Below, piece after piece: positions 38,862 to 47,999 of a DNA stretch of 64,000 nt. The stretch is taken from the NCBI GenBank assembly GCA_050178795.1, contig JBFXFT010000003.1:3955-67954 (forward strand), given 5' to 3'. Position 1 is the first letter of the stretch. Each line of letters opens with the position of its first letter. Position numbers and translations under genes: made by a program. The notes under the pieces are model-generated. The model was not told the origin of the DNA. It worked only from the letters and a program-made list of their open reading frames with translations, and did no database searches. The stretch comes from Spirochaetales bacterium (GTDB lineage: Bacteria > Bacillota > Clostridia > Christensenellales > UBA1242).

Positions 38862-39563
38862 CTATTTTCCTAATTCGGAAACACCGTCTTTTGCAACTTG
38901 CTTTTTTAAAGTTTCAATTTCTTTTTTAAGTTCTGCATTCTCTAGTTTTTGCAAATAATAATCAGCATAAAAACTAACTCCAACAGCGACTGTATTTGTT
39001 ACAAATTTGTCTTGTATGTATCCCTTCCCTTTTTCAACTGGTATGACATTCACATTTATGTCTTCAAACCCTTCTAGTTCTTGCCTTGCTCTTGCTAGTT
39101 CTTCATAACTTATTTTTACAGTTCCAAATACGCAATCTTCATCCGTAATTCCTGCACTTTTAAAGCCCCTTGGCAAAATATTTACTATGTTCTTTTCCGT
39201 AATTGAAAGCCCTGTTTCTTGCTTCATTTCAAGGACAATTTGTTCCTTAGGTGTCATTCCAGGGTCAATTTTACCTGCTGGAAATTCAACAAGACGGCAC
39301 CCAACAGTTGGACGATATTGATCTAATAAAACAAAGTGCTCTTTGCCTAATTTATCAACCGCGATAACCATAACTTCTACCACATCTGGCATGCTGTTAC
39401 CGTTTTTCATATATGCCGTTTTATCTTTTGGCTTTCTACTAAAAAATGTAAAAACCTTTTTTTGATTGTTGATGTTTGTAACTTCAAGTTCATAACAATA
39501 AACCTTCTTCTTGTCGCCAAACACCTCTTCTCTTATAAGTTTGCTATCTACTATTTTTGCCAT
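38862..39563 (-). CDS. NUDIX hydrolase, ADP-ribose pyrophosphatase-like
   Basis: QYRP, EFPAGKID...EMKQETGL, SAGITDE. Confidence 0.85.
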   Translation of the reverse strand: MAKIVDSKLIREEVFGDKKKVYCYELEVTNINNQKKVFTFFSRKPKDKTAYMKNGNSMPDVVEVMVIAVDKLGKEHFVLLDQYRPTVGCRLVEFPAGKIDPGMTPKEQIVLEMKQETGLSITEKNIVNILPRGFKSAGITDEDCVFGTVKISYEELARARQELEGFEDINVNVIPVEKGKGYIQDKFVTNTVAVGVSFYADYYLQKLENAELKKEIETLKKQVAKDGVSELGK

Positions 39564-40641
39564 ATTCTTTTTCGTCCTCCCTTTGTCTTAAAAAATCTAT
39601 GGTATTGTCTTTAAAAATTTTATAAATTGCTTCTTTATTTACTGGCTCTTTATAAATAAAATTGCCTAACGGTTTATCTAAAAAGTACTCAGAATATTGC
39701 TCTTGTGAAGCGACCAATGTTAATGGATCATATAGACAAAATTTTGACATCTTTTCAAAAATATTTTTTGCAGCCATCAATTTTTCTTGTGGCTCTTTTA
39801 ATGTGTTATAATTTGCAATTATTGCGTTTTGTTCCTCACTTTGCACACCAGTAAAAGTATTTAAAAACCAAGTTGGGGTTTGCCTTCCTAGTGAGTTACC
39901 GTCAAAACAGTTTATTATGAGTTTAACAAAAATGTTTCTTAACGAATCATAAGTGTGAGTTCCTAAAATATGTCCTGTATTTTTCAAAGCATCATAAAAA
40001 CTCTTACTAAAATTTATCTTATATACATCAAGCCTATTCATTATGTTTGTTTTAACTTTATTCTCTGCTAAAAAACCATAAACTATTTCTGCACTTATCA
40101 TATCGTCTTTATTGTTTGCAGAATCGTCTGGCAAATAAACGCCATCTTTAAATTTTTCTAAATCTATTCCGCCTTGAATACTTACATTGTTAATTTTTTC
40201 TAAAAACAAATTTGGACTTGCGTTTATGAAGTTTGCTATGTCGGTCATTTGTGCAATTATTAAAAGATTTAACGAGTGCGGTTTTGCTTTTTCAAAAGTT
40301 TCCTTTAAAAATTTTTGCGCATTTGTCAAAATTGCGTTATTTGCTTTATCCATAAGTGTTTTGGTGACGCCGTCCATTTGAAAAAGGTTATGCGAAACTT
40401 TTTCTTTGTCAGTAAATTCGGCTTTTTCGTCCCCAACACACACTGGCACATCTAAACCAAGTTCATTGCAAACCCCTTTTGTATATAGGGCACGCTTTTT
40501 TATTGTATCGGTGATGCCGTGCGTCACAATTATGCCTGCTAAGTCCAATAATTTTTCGTTTTTTAACGAACCCATTAAAATTAAATTGAGCAAATCGTCT
40601 ATGTCTTTGTTTGGGTCAGTTACTACTATTAGTTTACTCAC
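39544..40641 (-). CDS. Nucleoside hydrolase-fold protein, XopQ/HopQ1-like
   Basis: TDPNKDIDD, IQGG, ANN..D, LYDPLTL; GTG start with AAGGAG RBS. Confidence 0.75.
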   Translation of the reverse strand: MSKLIVVTDPNKDIDDLLNLILMGSLKNEKLLDLAGIIVTHGITDTIKKRALYTKGVCNELGLDVPVCVGDEKAEFTDKEKVSHNLFQMDGVTKTLMDKANNAILTNAQKFLKETFEKAKPHSLNLLIIAQMTDIANFINASPNLFLEKINNVSIQGGIDLEKFKDGVYLPDDSANNKDDMISAEIVYGFLAENKVKTNIMNRLDVYKINFSKSFYDALKNTGHILGTHTYDSLRNIFVKLIINCFDGNSLGRQTPTWFLNTFTGVQSEEQNAIIANYNTLKEPQEKLMAAKNIFEKMSKFCLYDPLTLVASQEQYSEYFLDKPLGNFIYKEPVNKEAIYKIFKDNTIDFLRQREDEKEYGKNSR

Positions 40642-40907
40642 TTTTTTCTCCTTAGTCCACAGTTTTTTGGTGTATTTATTTTAATAAATAATACCCACAT
40701 AGACATATTATCACTGTAAAATAAGGGTGCATATAGCCATTAACTTAACCCTAAATTAGAATTTCTAAACACTGGTTTTTTTGTATCATTTTTAGTAAAA
40801 ATTTTTAATACTAAAAATAAAATATATGTCAAAACGCTAGTTTTTTTATCAAATTGTTGTTATAATATTATAACTAAATATATTTTTATAAAGGAGGTAA
40901 CGTTTTT

Positions 40908-41507
40908 ATGAATAATAAATTATTTGACGCCTTAAATACGCGTCGTAGCAGATATATGTTAAGTAAAAAAAGCACGCTTTCAAATGAAGAACTTGAAACT
41001 CTACTACAAAATGCACTAAAACTTACGCCAAGTGCTTTTAACTCGCAAGCGGGTAAAATTGTGCTATTATTAAACGATAATCACACTAAATTATGGGAAA
41101 TTGTAAAGGGCACATTAAAAAAACTTGTAAGTCAAGAGCAATGGGCTCAAACCGAGAGCAAAGTAAATGCTTTTGAAAAAGCCTATGGTACAGTGTTATT
41201 TTTTGAAGATATGGACATAATTGAAAACTTACAAACAAAGTTTCCAACATACAAAGAAACATTCAGTATTTGGTCTGACGAACAAGCAGGAATGCTACAA
41301 CTTTCGGTATGGGTAAGTTTGTCAGAGAATAATATGGGTGCAAGTTTACAACACTATAATCCTATAATTGATGACGAGGTAAAAGAAACCTTTAACTTGC
41401 CAAAAAATTGGAAATTGATGGCTCAAATGCCATTTGGTGTAAGCCTAGAAGAACCTGCAGAAAAGCCAAAACTACCGATTAGTGAACGATTAATAATAAA
41501 AAAATAA
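40908..41507 (+). CDS. Nitroreductase family protein (Frm2/Hbn1-like)
   Basis: RRSRY, PSAFNSQ, GASLQHYNP, AQMPFG. Confidence 0.92.
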   Translation: MNNKLFDALNTRRSRYMLSKKSTLSNEELETLLQNALKLTPSAFNSQAGKIVLLLNDNHTKLWEIVKGTLKKLVSQEQWAQTESKVNAFEKAYGTVLFFEDMDIIENLQTKFPTYKETFSIWSDEQAGMLQLSVWVSLSENNMGASLQHYNPIIDDEVKETFNLPKNWKLMAQMPFGVSLEEPAEKPKLPISERLIIKK

Positions 41508-41513
41508 TCAAAT

Positions 41514-41540
41514 AAAAAACTAGCAAACGCTAGTTTTTTT
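41514..41540. terminator. Bidirectional intrinsic terminator
   Basis: AAAAAACTAGC-AAAC-GCTAGTTTTTTT. Confidence 0.8.
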
Positions 41541-41581
41541 GTGCTTAAAATTACTAAAATAATGTTTTTAAAAAATTAATT

Positions 41582-42742
41582 CTACACTAAAATATTCAAA
41601 AGTTTGTCCTTCAAATCAAGTCTTTCCCAAGGGTAATCGCATACTCCAAAATGCGCTACTTTTGCCGTTTGAAAATATATTGGACTTTTCAAATTTAGGT
41701 TATTTATTATCGCTTTTGGTCTTAAATCCACCAATTTTTTTATTAAATTTTCAACTGTTTTTTCGTCATGTTTTTTATTTGTTTGAGTGCCGAAAAACTC
41801 CACATTAAAGGATAGTGGTTGCGCCTTTCCTATTGCATAACAAAGCGAAACCTCACACTTTTTTGCCAGTTTTGCAGCAACTATATTTTTTGCAATGTAT
41901 CTACATATATAAGCGCCTGACCTGTCTACTTTGCTTGGGTCTTTTCCGCTATATGCACCGCCACCTTGCCTGCAAATTGTGCCATAACTATCCACCTGTA
42001 ACTTTCTTCCAGTGACCCCTGTATCTGCCTCATAACCACCAAGCACAAAACGACCGCTTGGGTTTATTAAAATTTGAGTTTTATTTAAGTCATAATCTTT
42101 AAAAACTGGGTCAATTACAAACTTTTTAACCTCTTCTCTTAACTTATCTAAACTCAAACTTTCCTTGTGCTGGGTTGAGACCAAAATGTTTAAAATTTTT
42201 ACATTTTTATCTTCAAATTGAACTGTAACCTGGCTCTTGCCGTCTGGCATAAGCCCATCTATTATTTTTTGTTCTCTAACTTGGGTTAGCCTATTAGTTA
42301 AGCCCTTTGCAAGTACAAAACTAAGTGGCATAAGTTCTTCTGTCTCGTCACAAGCATAGCCATACATTATGCCTTGGTCCCCTGCCCCTTGGCCATCATT
42401 TTCATCTAGCGAGTTTTGCTCCCTCGCCTCAAAACTTTTGGCAACACTCGCAGAAATGTCTGGGCTTTGACTATTTACTAGCACCTCAACTTTCAAATTA
42501 TCTACTTCATACCCAAGTTGCTTGACCGTGTCTTTTACAATTTTTTCATAGTCTGGTTTATGTATTGAAGTTATTTCCCCACTAACTATTATTTTGTTTT
42601 TTGTCGCCATAACTTCACACGCAACTCTTGCCTCACTATCAGACTTTAAGCAGTCGTCTAAAACCGCATCGGCTATTATGTCGCAAACCTTGTCTGGGTG
42701 ACCTGATGTAACACTCTCGCTAGTATAAATTTTTGTATTCAT
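41582..42742 (-). CDS. metK: S-adenosylmethionine synthetase
   Basis: ESVTSGHPDK, GAGDQG, GGGAYSGKDPSKVDRS. Confidence 0.98.
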   Translation of the reverse strand: MNTKIYTSESVTSGHPDKVCDIIADAVLDDCLKSDSEARVACEVMATKNKIIVSGEITSIHKPDYEKIVKDTVKQLGYEVDNLKVEVLVNSQSPDISASVAKSFEAREQNSLDENDGQGAGDQGIMYGYACDETEELMPLSFVLAKGLTNRLTQVREQKIIDGLMPDGKSQVTVQFEDKNVKILNILVSTQHKESLSLDKLREEVKKFVIDPVFKDYDLNKTQILINPSGRFVLGGYEADTGVTGRKLQVDSYGTICRQGGGAYSGKDPSKVDRSGAYICRYIAKNIVAAKLAKKCEVSLCYAIGKAQPLSFNVEFFGTQTNKKHDEKTVENLIKKLVDLRPKAIINNLNLKSPIYFQTAKVAHFGVCDYPWERLDLKDKLLNILV

Positions 42743-42783
42743 TAAAAAACTCCTTATGTTATTTTAACCATAAAGAGCCAATG

Positions 42784-42807
42784 AAAAACCCATCGTTTGA
42801 TGGGCTT
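42784..42807 (-). terminator. SAM riboswitch expression-platform terminator
   Basis: CCCATC-AAAC-GATGGG followed by TTTTT; its 5' arm can alternatively pair with the P1 3' strand GATGGG. Confidence 0.8.
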
Positions 42808-42822
42808 TAAACAATAAAAAAC

Positions 42823-42910
42823 AACCCATCATTCAGGCCTTAGCACCTTGTAATTTTACAGGTTGCTGTGTGGTCAACGAGCCTTGTCTCTCGCACACTC
42901 TTTATGGTTA
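42823..42910 (-). promoter_or_regulatory. SAM-I (S-box) family riboswitch, compact variant
   Basis: Minus strand CCATAAAGAG...GAGAGAC..GGCTC.TTGA...GCAACC...AGGTGCTAA...GATGG upstream of metK. Confidence 0.85.
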
Positions 42911-42914
42911 TTTT

Positions 42915-42943
42915 ATTATAAAATTTTATTGATATTTTGTCAA
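42915..42943 (-). promoter_or_regulatory. Sigma-A promoter of metK
   Basis: TTGACA-17 nt-TATAAT. Confidence 0.8.
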
Positions 42944-42960
42944 ATTAAATAGGGTAAATT

Positions 42961-43713
42961 TTAGTTTTTTATTACAATATTTTTACTATTTTTTAATGCA
43001 CTTGCGGCTTCCTCATCTAAATAGATTATTGCATTAGGATGTGTTTGCAAAATTGAGGCTGGGCAAGTGTTACACATTGTACCTTCTATCATCATTTTTA
43101 CAGCGCTAGCCTTTGTTAAACCAGTTGCAATTAAAATAACTTCCTTTGCATTTAAAATGTTTTTAAGCCCCATAGTAATTGCCCTTGTTGGCACCTCTTC
43201 TTTAGAGTTAAAATTGCGAGCATTTGCCTCTATGGTGCTGTTTGACAAATTTACTACGTGGGTGGTGATGCTGACAAGTGTATTTGGCTCATTAAAGCCT
43301 ATATGTCCGTTTACACCTAACCCCAAAATTTGTATGTCAATATTGTGTTTTTCAAGCAGTGCGTCATAACGAGCGCACTCTTTTTCTAAATTACTTGCTA
43401 CACCATTTGGAATATTTGCATTTTTTAAGTTTATATCTATATGATTAAATAGGTTTTTCATCATATAGTAGTGATAACTATTTACATCATTCTTTTTTAA
43501 GCCAACATATTCGTCCAAATTGAAGGTTGTAACGCCTTTATAACTAGTCTTGTTTTGACTATAATCCTCAATTAAATTTTTATAAAGAGGCATCGGTGTG
43601 GAACCAGTTGGAAATCCAAGTGTACAATTTGGGTTTTTGCAAACTTCTTCTATAATTTGTCTTGAAACATCTTTAAACAGTTTTTCTTTGTCGGCATAAA
43701 TGTAAATTTTCAT
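42961..43713 (-). CDS. nagB: Glucosamine-6-phosphate deaminase
   Basis: PTGSTP, FNLDEYVGL, GLGVNGHIGFNEP, PASILQTH. Confidence 0.96.
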   Translation of the reverse strand: MKIYIYADKEKLFKDVSRQIIEEVCKNPNCTLGFPTGSTPMPLYKNLIEDYSQNKTSYKGVTTFNLDEYVGLKKNDVNSYHYYMMKNLFNHIDINLKNANIPNGVASNLEKECARYDALLEKHNIDIQILGLGVNGHIGFNEPNTLVSITTHVVNLSNSTIEANARNFNSKEEVPTRAITMGLKNILNAKEVILIATGLTKASAVKMMIEGTMCNTCPASILQTHPNAIIYLDEEAASALKNSKNIVIKN

Positions 43714-43762
43714 AAGTCTTCTTCTTTTAATTTATATTGCGTTTTTATTATAGCACTGCGTA

Positions 43763-44455
43763 TTATTTTTTTGTTACTTTTTTTGTTTTTTTGTTAAAAG
43801 GCTTTTTAATAAAGTCAATTTTTGCGCCATTAACCATTAAAATAAATTTAGATAAATCGGTATTAGGCTTTAACCTATAATCTTTGCCACTTTTTACAAT
43901 AAATGTGCCAAGTTTTTGCAAAGCAGTTTCATTTGCTATTTCTAACTTGTAGTCAAGTCTTGCTTGTTTACTACCAAGTTGACGCCAGTAAAAATATTTG
44001 TTTAAGTCTCCACTAGCGACATTAAATGATTTGCCAGCAAAAATACAATTTTTAATTAGTTCATCATAATTACTTGAGCCGTTAATGTTTTTTTGCAACT
44101 CATCAACTAAAAAGAGCGTAGCCATACTCGCAAATTTTGAAGTAAGTTTTTGAACCCTGTTACCATCGTTCTTTGTTTCTTCATCTCCCCTTAGTAAAAA
44201 TGAAATTTCGTCGGCAAAAGTGTAGGACATTAAAACATCTTCATACTTTTTCATTATTGCAATTGCTGTATCAACCATGGCTTTAAGGTAAATTGGGTCA
44301 TATTTGAGTCCAGCATTTTTTAAATATTTAGAACTAAATTTAACGCCGTCTACCCTAACTACAATAAAGTCTGTCCCTGCTAAAACTACATCTGTTTTTT
44401 CTTCATTTTTTGCAAAGCGTTGTTCATAACGCGAATATTCACCACTGTATCCCAA
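43763..44455 (-). CDS. tRNA(His) guanylyltransferase Thg1-like protein
   Basis: VVRVDGVKFS, YTFADEISFL, RVQKLTS..AS, YFYWRQ; probable TTG start after GGGAGG. Confidence 0.8.
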   Translation of the reverse strand: MGYSGEYSRYEQRFAKNEEKTDVVLAGTDFIVVRVDGVKFSSKYLKNAGLKYDPIYLKAMVDTAIAIMKKYEDVLMSYTFADEISFLLRGDEETKNDGNRVQKLTSKFASMATLFLVDELQKNINGSSNYDELIKNCIFAGKSFNVASGDLNKYFYWRQLGSKQARLDYKLEIANETALQKLGTFIVKSGKDYRLKPNTDLSKFILMVNGAKIDFIKKPFNKKTKKVTKK

Positions 44456-44598
44456 AGCACACCTCCCTTTAGGCAATGTTTTTACGCCTCAATGATATAA
44501 CTTTTATTTAATAATGTCAATTTTAAAGCCAAAATTGAAAATGATAAAATTTTATTTTTAATATTGCAAAAATAACTAAATTGTGTTAGTCTCTTATT

Positions 44599-45762
44599 AT
44601 GGGTAAAAAAGATAGAGACCTAATTATAGGCAACAACATTATAATAACCGAAAAAGGTAATGACAGAGTTAAGGTTGATAACTCGTCTTATCATATAGTT
44701 GAAAATGGTCGCGGTAAAAGATCAAAGTTTTGGTTAAGTAAACAAAATGGAGATAAGCTTGAAAATTTATATCTTTTTAAACAAAACTTAATATCGGTTT
44801 CACGTGAAGATATTGGCGAGTTATTTTATTACTTGTTATCAAAACAAGTTAAAGCCCCTGCTGTAGAGTGTCACTTAGCCAAGTATCAAAGGAAAGATGG
44901 TTCTATTGAATGTGGCATACTATCAAAAAACTATAAAACCAAAGATTCTATTGTTGAAATATCTGGAAAGTCTATACTTTTACAATATGCAGATAAATAT
45001 TTTGACAACAATAACGGCAAAAAAGTTCAACTTTCAAATTGCGTAAATTCTTATATGGACGCAATCAAATATTTATATGCTGATAGCAAAATAGATTATA
45101 AAGATTTAAGAGATTCACTAGTTCAACAAGTCATTTTGGATTACTTATATCACCAAAATGATAGGCACTGGGGCAACATTACATTTTTAATGGACGAGGA
45201 AATAGGTCCATCATCAATTAGAGTTGCGGACTCCTATGACAACGGTAATATGTTTTTGCTTAACAAAGATATATTTAAGATAAATCAATATTTAACACAA
45301 ATTAATGGCGGCGACAAGTTATTTACAGACGCATTTTTTGCCGAAACAAAAAAGAATGTTCCACTATTTGCAATAAGTATTCCAACGGTAAATAAAATGT
45401 ATGGCAACGAGTCTGAGTCCAAGTCTTATGACTGCCTTGAACCTTGCCAAAAGGAAATACCTTTTGCGATTGATATAGCAAAAGAGTTACTAAAAAACCC
45501 TGAAATGAAAATGTTTTATGAAAATGTAAAAAATAACACCGACATAATGGAAGCGGTTGCGGAAATGTCTCAAACAGAGGAAATGCCAAAAGGACTTGAA
45601 GAACTTTCTCAACTTATTTTCGAAAATAGAACTGCAAAAATTGATGAGGCTATGCTAAACCTTGTGGCAAGAAAAGAAGCAAAAGAGCAAGCCAAACTTT
45701 CAGAAAATGCCTTCACCCATTTTAATGAAGTAAATAGCGATTTAGGGAGGGAGATAAGATGA
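44599..45762 (+). CDS. HipA/HipT-like Ser/Thr kinase
   Basis: G-rich loop GRGKRSK, YLFK, GE, DYL..QNDRHWGNI, YDNG. Confidence 0.8.
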   Translation: MGKKDRDLIIGNNIIITEKGNDRVKVDNSSYHIVENGRGKRSKFWLSKQNGDKLENLYLFKQNLISVSREDIGELFYYLLSKQVKAPAVECHLAKYQRKDGSIECGILSKNYKTKDSIVEISGKSILLQYADKYFDNNNGKKVQLSNCVNSYMDAIKYLYADSKIDYKDLRDSLVQQVILDYLYHQNDRHWGNITFLMDEEIGPSSIRVADSYDNGNMFLLNKDIFKINQYLTQINGGDKLFTDAFFAETKKNVPLFAISIPTVNKMYGNESESKSYDCLEPCQKEIPFAIDIAKELLKNPEMKMFYENVKNNTDIMEAVAEMSQTEEMPKGLEELSQLIFENRTAKIDEAMLNLVARKEAKEQAKLSENAFTHFNEVNSDLGREIR

Positions 45763-46079
45763 AAATAAATTATTACTATAAAGATATTAAACTCGGCACT
45801 CTAACCTATAAACAACACACATACATTTATGTTTCGGACCTAGAAAACGAGGCGATAGCACTGCAAAAACACCCTCTTATGAAATTTTACACCCTAGCAA
45901 ATAGTCATAAAAACAAAAGCCAAACCTTGTTTAAAGAATTTACTGAATTTTTAGAGGCTACCAACCGTAAAGACATAATTGAAAGGGCAAAAATAAAAGA
46001 AAAGGACAGCGCTTTTACTAAACTTTACAAGTTTGCAAAACTAAATCAAGATACGAGCGAGTTTTATATTAAAGCATAA
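45759..46079 (+). CDS. Small protein resembling the HipA N-terminal (HipS-like) domain
   Basis: MKINYYYKDIKLGTLTY..TYIY..LF..F pattern; ATGA overlap with the kinase. Confidence 0.5.
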   Translation: MKINYYYKDIKLGTLTYKQHTYIYVSDLENEAIALQKHPLMKFYTLANSHKNKSQTLFKEFTEFLEATNRKDIIERAKIKEKDSAFTKLYKFAKLNQDTSEFYIKA

Positions 46080-46101
46080 AAAATTGTAAATTAATTACAT
46101 T

Positions 46102-46131
46102 AAAAAACCGTGCTAGCTGCACGGCTTTTTT
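46102..46131. terminator. Bidirectional intrinsic terminator
   Basis: AAAAAACCGTGC-TAGCT-GCACGGCTTTTT. Confidence 0.8.
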
Positions 46132-46147
46132 ATTTTTATATATATTT

Positions 46148-47842
46148 TTACATTTCTTCAAGCGTATCTATACAAATTAGGTTAAGTGCAAATTTTAATG
46201 TGGTTAAAACTGCTTGCAATAAATCCATTTTTGCTTGGGTTGTGTTTGGGTTGCCATCTATTACCTTTTGTGTGGTATAGAATTTATTTATTGCCTTACA
46301 CAGATCCATACTCATCTTGCAAACTATGCTTGGCTCTTTATTAATAAGCGCTAAGTTAAAGGTGTCTTTTGCGTTTATAATTTGCCTTATAAGTTCAAAT
46401 GCCTCTTTATTGTCTTTAAAAACTGAGTAGTCTGGCTCAAGCCTTATATTAGTACTGCCCTTTCTTAAAATGCTTCTGCTTCTTGCATAAGAATATAAAA
46501 TATAAGGTGCGGTATCTCCCTCAAAACTTAAAGATTGTTCTATGTCAAACACGCTGTCTTTGTTGCGTCCATTTTTTATAGTTGCATATATTAAAGATGC
46601 CTTTGCAATTTTGTTTTTTACTTCTTCCCTATATGAATCACTAAAATTTTTCTCTTCAATAATTTCTTCAACCCTATTCTCTACGCTTTCAAATAGGTCT
46701 ACGAGTACCGCTTGTTTACCTCGCCTACTAGCAATTTTTGCATCAGGCAACGAGAACATACCATAGTAAATGTGTTCTAGTCCGTTAACAAATTTTTCAC
46801 CCATAAGTTCTAACACTTTAAATAGTTGTTGAAAGTGTCTTTTTTGTTGCACTGCTGTAACATAGTACATATTGTCAAAGTGATAATCGTTATACCTTGA
46901 AATGGCTGCTGCAACATCACGAGTTGAATAAAGACTAGCTCCATCTGATTTTTGAATTAAGTATACGCCTAGGTCATATTTTTCCAAATTCACAACTTTG
47001 GCGCCTTCACTGACTTCAAGTAGTCCAAGTTTTTCAAGTTTTTCAACTGTTGCATCCATATCGTCCATATATGCGGACTCGCCTTTCCAACTGTCAAACT
47101 CTACCCCTAAGTAGTCAAGTAATCTTTTAGCCTCTTTTAATGATATCTCCAAGAACCATCTATAAATTTTATAGTCCTCACCCTTTTTTGCCTCAATGTT
47201 TTTAAAAATTGCACGCGCCTCTTCAATAAGTGTTTCATCTGTTTCAGCTTCGGAAGAAAATTTTACATAAAGGTCTTGAATGGCGTCTACACCCCTTTTT
47301 TCAATATCTTCTTTTTTGCCCCACTTGTAATAAGCCGCTATCATCTTGCCAAAAGGTGTGCCATAATCGCCCACATAGTTTATGCGAATAACTTTATAGC
47401 CAAAACTTTCACACAATCTCGCTATGCTCTCGCCAATCATCGTTGTGCTTAAATGCCCTATATGCATATATTTTGCAAGATTAACTGAACTGTAATCAAT
47501 GCAAACGGTCTTACCTTGCCCTACGTTTTCGGTAAATATTTTTGCACCATTTTTATCTATTTCTTTTATTACATTTTCTGTAACTAGTTGTTTGTCCAAA
47601 TAAAAATTAAGGTAGCCATTTACAACTTCAACCTTGCTTATGTATTTATTGGTTTTTAAATTGTCTTTTAAATAAATTCCCACTTCTTGTGGAGATTTTT
47701 TTAATACCTTGCTAAATTGAAAGCACGGTAAAGCGTAATCGCCAAGAGCAATGTCTTGAATTGGTACTAACATATCCTTTATTTGCTCTTTTGTGTAGCC
47801 CTCTAAAGTAATCAATTTTGCAACAAGTTCTTTATAGTCCAT
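46148..47842 (-). CDS. argS: Arginine--tRNA ligase
   Basis: DYSSVNLAKYMHIGH, KSDGASLYSTRD, FEGDTAPYILYSYAR. Confidence 0.97.
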   Translation of the reverse strand: MDYKELVAKLITLEGYTKEQIKDMLVPIQDIALGDYALPCFQFSKVLKKSPQEVGIYLKDNLKTNKYISKVEVVNGYLNFYLDKQLVTENVIKEIDKNGAKIFTENVGQGKTVCIDYSSVNLAKYMHIGHLSTTMIGESIARLCESFGYKVIRINYVGDYGTPFGKMIAAYYKWGKKEDIEKRGVDAIQDLYVKFSSEAETDETLIEEARAIFKNIEAKKGEDYKIYRWFLEISLKEAKRLLDYLGVEFDSWKGESAYMDDMDATVEKLEKLGLLEVSEGAKVVNLEKYDLGVYLIQKSDGASLYSTRDVAAAISRYNDYHFDNMYYVTAVQQKRHFQQLFKVLELMGEKFVNGLEHIYYGMFSLPDAKIASRRGKQAVLVDLFESVENRVEEIIEEKNFSDSYREEVKNKIAKASLIYATIKNGRNKDSVFDIEQSLSFEGDTAPYILYSYARSRSILRKGSTNIRLEPDYSVFKDNKEAFELIRQIINAKDTFNLALINKEPSIVCKMSMDLCKAINKFYTTQKVIDGNPNTTQAKMDLLQAVLTTLKFALNLICIDTLEEM

Positions 47843-47999
47843 TACTACCCCTTTAATATATGTAAATTAACAGTTTAATGTTATCATACAGCAATTTAAT
47901 AAGTCAAGTTAAAACAATTCTTTAATGTTTTGTAAAAGTATTTGTTTAGAATAAAAAATAGAGATATCCACTATCCCTATTTTTATTTTTTTAGTTTAT

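Noticed and set aside
8085-47870. TTACATAT(AT)TAA-like word just upstream of the RBS of the EamA gene, valS and argS
   Set aside because: Very AT-rich and short; cannot be separated from chance without statistics
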